This document shows, piece after piece, positions 58,850 through 64,000 of a DNA stretch of 64,000 bases. The translations under genes and the position numbers were made by a program. Location: assembly GCF_009914755.1 (NCBI RefSeq), contig NC_060934.1; one strand, given 5' to 3'. Source of the stretch: the human T2T-CHM13v2.0 reference genome, Homo sapiens. Below the pieces are notes generated by a model that saw nothing but the letters and a program-made list of their open reading frames with translations, was not told the origin of the DNA and made no database searches. The stretch's first letter is position 1, and every line of letters starts with the position of its first letter.

Positions 58850-59425
58850 TAGTGGCTTTAAATTTCTTTCATGGGTTAAACCAAAATCCAGTCTTTATCA
58901 GGAATGTCCTATAGGCTTTTCCTCTTGCTATCTTCTTGACGTCATGTCTTATCACTCTCCCCTTTCTTATTTCAGCCACCCTAACCTATTTGGTTTTCCT
59001 CAGACATAAACTTAACTATTACACAAGGCCTTTGTACATACTTTCATTGTCTTGAATGTTCTTCCCCTCTAATAACCATGTTGCTTCCTCCTTTACTTCA
59101 TTCTGGTCTCTGCTCAAATATCATACCAGAGAGGTCTTTCTTGATCACTCTAAAATAGCTTACTCCTCCCTATACTCTTTGTTCCCTAAGCCCTGCTTTA
59201 TTCCTGTTCGTGACGCTTATTACTATATGATATTCCATATATTTGCTTTTTTGTTTACTGTGTACCCCCCCACCCAACCCCACATACAGGTGTAGGTACA
59301 TGCACATGCACTAGAATTTACTGTCCATGAGAGAAAGGACTACTTACTGCTGAATCTCTAGCACCTAGTACAGTCTGTGGCACATACGTAGGGCGCACTC
59401 AATAAATATTTGTTTGCTGAATGCA
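58850..59425 (+). mobile_element. L2 3' fragment
   Basis: ...ctagcacctagtacagtctgtggcacatacgtagggcgcactcaataaatatttgtttgctgaatg, L2 terminus. Confidence 0.7.
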
Positions 59426-59531
59426 TCCCCATATCTTCTTAATGTTGATTCTTTTGCTGTTAGTGAAGCTTTACAGAACAAATAATTTTTGCTTATGTAA
59501 CACTCCTTCAAAAGTTTAAAGAAATTGTTCA

Positions 59532-60118
<587 letters not shown>

Positions 60119-60479
60119 TGAGCCACCACACCCAGCCAAGGTTTTCGTTCCAAGCTGACTTTGACTCCTTCAACATTTCCTTAATTCTTCACTACCTTGT
60201 TGTCTTTCTTGGCTCTGGTTTGCTTAATTCTTAATTCTCTCTTAAAGCATAATGGTTAGAATTAAATAGAGTCTTACAGCAATACATAGGATAGTACTTT
60301 CAATTATCTATAAACACTATTCTTCTAATAATGTAGTTTCAAAAAAATTTTTTAGCTGCAATGTTATACTTTTGGCTCATAAGAAATGCACAGTTAAGTC
60401 TTGAAGGATTATAGAGTTAGAATTTCATTGTACTGCTGCTGATTTATTTCCAAACATAATGTGGTTTTTATTCCTTAAG

Positions 60480-60614
60480 GGGTTTGTGACCATGACTCTG
60501 GAAAGCCTAGAGGAAATACAGGATGTCAGCTGTGCTTGGAAAGAACTTAACAGAAAGCTGAGTAGTAATGCAGTGTCTCAGATTACCAGAATGTGCCTCC
60601 TGAAAGGGAATATG
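60480..60614 (+). CDS. DDX50: DDX50 exon 13 (GUCT domain)
   Basis: GFVTMTLESLEEIQDVSCAWKELNRKLSSNAVSQITRMCLLKGNM; ATG|gtaggc donor. Confidence 0.94.
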
Positions 60615-61078
60615 GTAGGCTTTTCCAGACAATTAAAAAGCTTTTTAATCAACTACCCCAAATGTTTACAAACACTAGCAAATTTTGTTCTTTCTCTTTG
60701 AAGCCTAATGGCATGAATAATGCTGTTTTTTCTCTGTTAGTTTGTTTCCAGTTATAAATTTGGGGCATTATATATGTAACCCATTCCTCCAGAGCTGTAA
60801 GTCATTCTGTTCAGTTTGACTATCTAATACCCAAATTATCTAAGTTTCTGCCACATACTGTATGTGGTTGTGTACATGTGTTTATTCTCTTTTTATTTTT
60901 TAAATTTTATTTATTTACGACTTTATAGTGATGAGGTCTCACTATTTGCCCAGGCTGGTCTTGAACTCTGGGGCTCAAGTGATCCTCCTACCTTGGACTC
61001 CCAAAGTACTGGGATTATAGGTGTGAGCCACTGCACCTGGCCTTTTTGTATTATTATTATTATTATTTTTATTTTTGA

Positions 61079-61183
<105 letters not shown>

Positions 61184-61343
61184 TGAGTAGCTGAGATTAC
61201 AGGTGCCCGCCACTATGCCCAGCTAATTTTTGTATTTTTAGTAGAGATGGGGTTTCAGCATGTTGGCCAGGCTGGTCTCGCACTCCTGACCTCAGGTGAT
61301 CCTCCCGCTTCTGCCTCCCAAAGTGCTGGGATTACAGGCGTGA

Positions 61344-61532
<189 letters not shown>

Positions 61533-62632
61533 TAGCTTATGATTGCAGTAGTTAAACAGCTCTATAATTTTGAGGACATGCAGTTTGGTTTTTAAATGGC
61601 CTGCTCTTTGTTGTTAATGAATTAATGATATGAATTAAATAAATACTTTAATACATTTATATAGCAAAATTAAAACTGTAATCTTGTGACTGATTTCTTC
61701 TAATGGTTTTGAAAAATGATGTTATGTTATTAATTTAACTTTACTGCATAGGTTCATTCTAGCTTGGAATTTATTAACTAGATTGTTTATTGCAAATAAT
61801 CATCTCTCTCAAAGTTTAATATTACTTGCCTTGTAAAAGGATGTGGGGCAAGTATGAGACAAATATATACTTTCAGGAAAAAAATGTAGAGGGGAGGGAA
61901 AAAATAGCAAGATCCATAGGCCAAACTAGTTGCTATACTTGAGTATTAAATTAACTTTCAGCTTATTGACAACTAAGACCATAGAAGAAACATCTTGGGT
62001 TATATAATTCTTATTATCTAACAAACATTGCAGCTTTTTTCTTTTTTTTTTGAGACAGGGTCTCACCCTGTCACCCAGGCTGGAGTGCAGTGGCGTGATC
62101 TTAGCTCACTGCCACCTCCGCCTCCCAGGCCCAAGCGATCCTCCCACCTCAGCCTCCTGAGTAGCTGGGACTACAGTCATGCATCACCACACCTGGATAA
62201 TTTTTGCATTTTTTTTGTAGAGATGGAGTTTTCCCTATGTTGCCCAGGCTGGTCTTGATCGAATTCCTGGACTCAAACAATCTGTCCACCTTGGCCTCCC
62301 AAAGTGCTGGGATTACAGGCATGAACTACCACGCCTGGCCCATTGTAGCTCTTTGTAAATGAGACTTTCTATCATTAAATTTTAAAAGAAATTTATTAGA
62401 AGGATCATTTTACAAGGGACATGGAACAACATATAGGGTCTACACAAACTCTTCTAGAGAATACTGTAGATTCTTAGCAGTAGTTGTAAATTCTTATTGG
62501 ATACTGTGTTTAGTTACTTTTTAAATTTAGAAAATACATTAAGCAGCCACTGAGTCATGCATTATTAGTAAAACAAAAAAAATCTACACATATGCATCTA
62601 ATTTAAAATGTTTTGCTTTGTTTTGCTTTTAG

Positions 62633-62677
62633 GGTGTTTGCTTTGATGTTCCTACAACTGAGTCAGAAAGGTTACAG
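62633..62677 (+). CDS. DDX50: DDX50 exon 14 (GUCT domain); final exon lies beyond the window
   Basis: tttag acceptor; GVCFDVPTTESERLQ; CAG|gtattt donor; cumulative frame 645 codons without a stop. Confidence 0.93.
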
Positions 62678-63174
62678 GTATTTTTAAAATTTTATCTTTT
62701 AAATGGTTGAGTACATTCTCTAACATTTAGATTGGGATATTTTGGGAAACATAGTCACAATGTCATTATCATGCCTAAATCAATGAGGAATTCCTTAATA
62801 TAAAATAACCAGTCTGTCTCAAACTTAAATTTATTTTTAAAGAGATGGAGTCTCTCTCAGGCTGGAGTGCAGTGGCACAATCATAGCTCATTTGCAACCT
62901 TGAATTCCTGGGCTCAAGTGATCCTCCCACCTCAGACTCCCAAGTAGCTAGAACTACAAGGCGTGTGCCACTATGTCTGGCTAACATGAGCCACCATGCC
63001 CGGATAATTTTTTTTTTCTTTTTGTATTTTTAGTAAAGATGGGGTTTCTCCATGTTGGTCAGGCTGGGCTGAAACTCCCGACCTCAGGTGATCCACCCAC
63101 CTTGGCCTCCCAAAGTGCTGGGATTACAGGCGTGAGCCACCGCTCCTGGCCCCCTGCCTGGCTAATTTTTTTAA

Positions 63175-63291
<117 letters not shown>

Positions 63292-64000
63292 TAGTAAAAA
63301 ATTTGTTATTATAAATCATTTCAAACATATTTTTTAGATGAGGGACTTGTATAATGAATCTCCATGTACCCAACACTCAGCTTCAACAATTATCAGTTCA
63401 TAGCCAGTTTTGTTTCATTTCTGTGTCCATCTACTTACCCACTTTTCTGCATTCTTTTGAAATAAATTCTAGGTATTCTATCATTTCAACCATAAATATT
63501 TGCATATTTCTAAATATTAATGACTTTAAAAAAGACCTTATCATAATACCATAATTAAACTCCCCCAAAATAATTCCTTAATATCATCCAATTTTATTTA
63601 AATTTTTCCATTTGTTTCCTAAACTTTTTAAATACAGGGTCCATAAAGCTCATAGATTGTAATTTGATGTTTCTTAAGTCTCTTTTAATCTATAGGTTCT
63701 TCCTCCTCCCTCTCTCTCTTTTAAAAAAGTATTCCTGTGTATACTTTACTGTGTAAAGTATCTTTATCTGTTGAAGAAGGAAGTTGTCTACTGGATTCCC
63801 ATAATGAAGAATTTGTCTATTGTATCTCAGTACATACTTATATACCTACTTTGAAACAAAAATGAGTATTTTGCTTTCGAAGTCTTTTTAAAAATTCAGA
63901 ATATGTTAAAGACACATTTTTGTGTCAATAACACAGTTCTTTTTTTCTTTTCTTTTTATATTTTAATTTTTTGTTTGTTTATTTTGAGACAGAATCTCGC

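Noticed and set aside
63741-63761. 9-bp hairpin atactttac-tgt-gtaaagtat
   Set aside because: Short and AT-rich; plausible by chance in 64 kb.

Overview
Primate, almost certainly human, genomic DNA that I recognise as the chr10q22.1 STOX1-DDX50 locus. The + strand carries STOX1 coding exons 2-4 (773-11550; exon 1 lies upstream of the window). About 8.6 kb downstream, a CpG-island promoter drives DDX50, whose exons 1-14 (20194-62677) splice into an open 645-codon DEAD-box (DEVD) helicase frame; its last exon is beyond the window. The rest is very repeat-rich: roughly 90 Alu copies or fragments by manual count, plus MIR, L2, L1M and Tigger-family MITEs, one U6 retropseudogene and a 3'-truncated U2 retropseudogene. 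Most short ORFs in the track are spurious Alu or simple-repeat translations. I found no evidence of a new multi-gene system. The best oddities are: a substitution-free ~45-bp inverted duplication bracketing 2 kb upstream of DDX50; an unidentified 54-nt TSD-flanked insert inside a MIR; STOX1 exon 4 being readable in all three frames; a candidate Alu-derived terminal STOX1 exon; the His153 allele; and several local tandem duplications.
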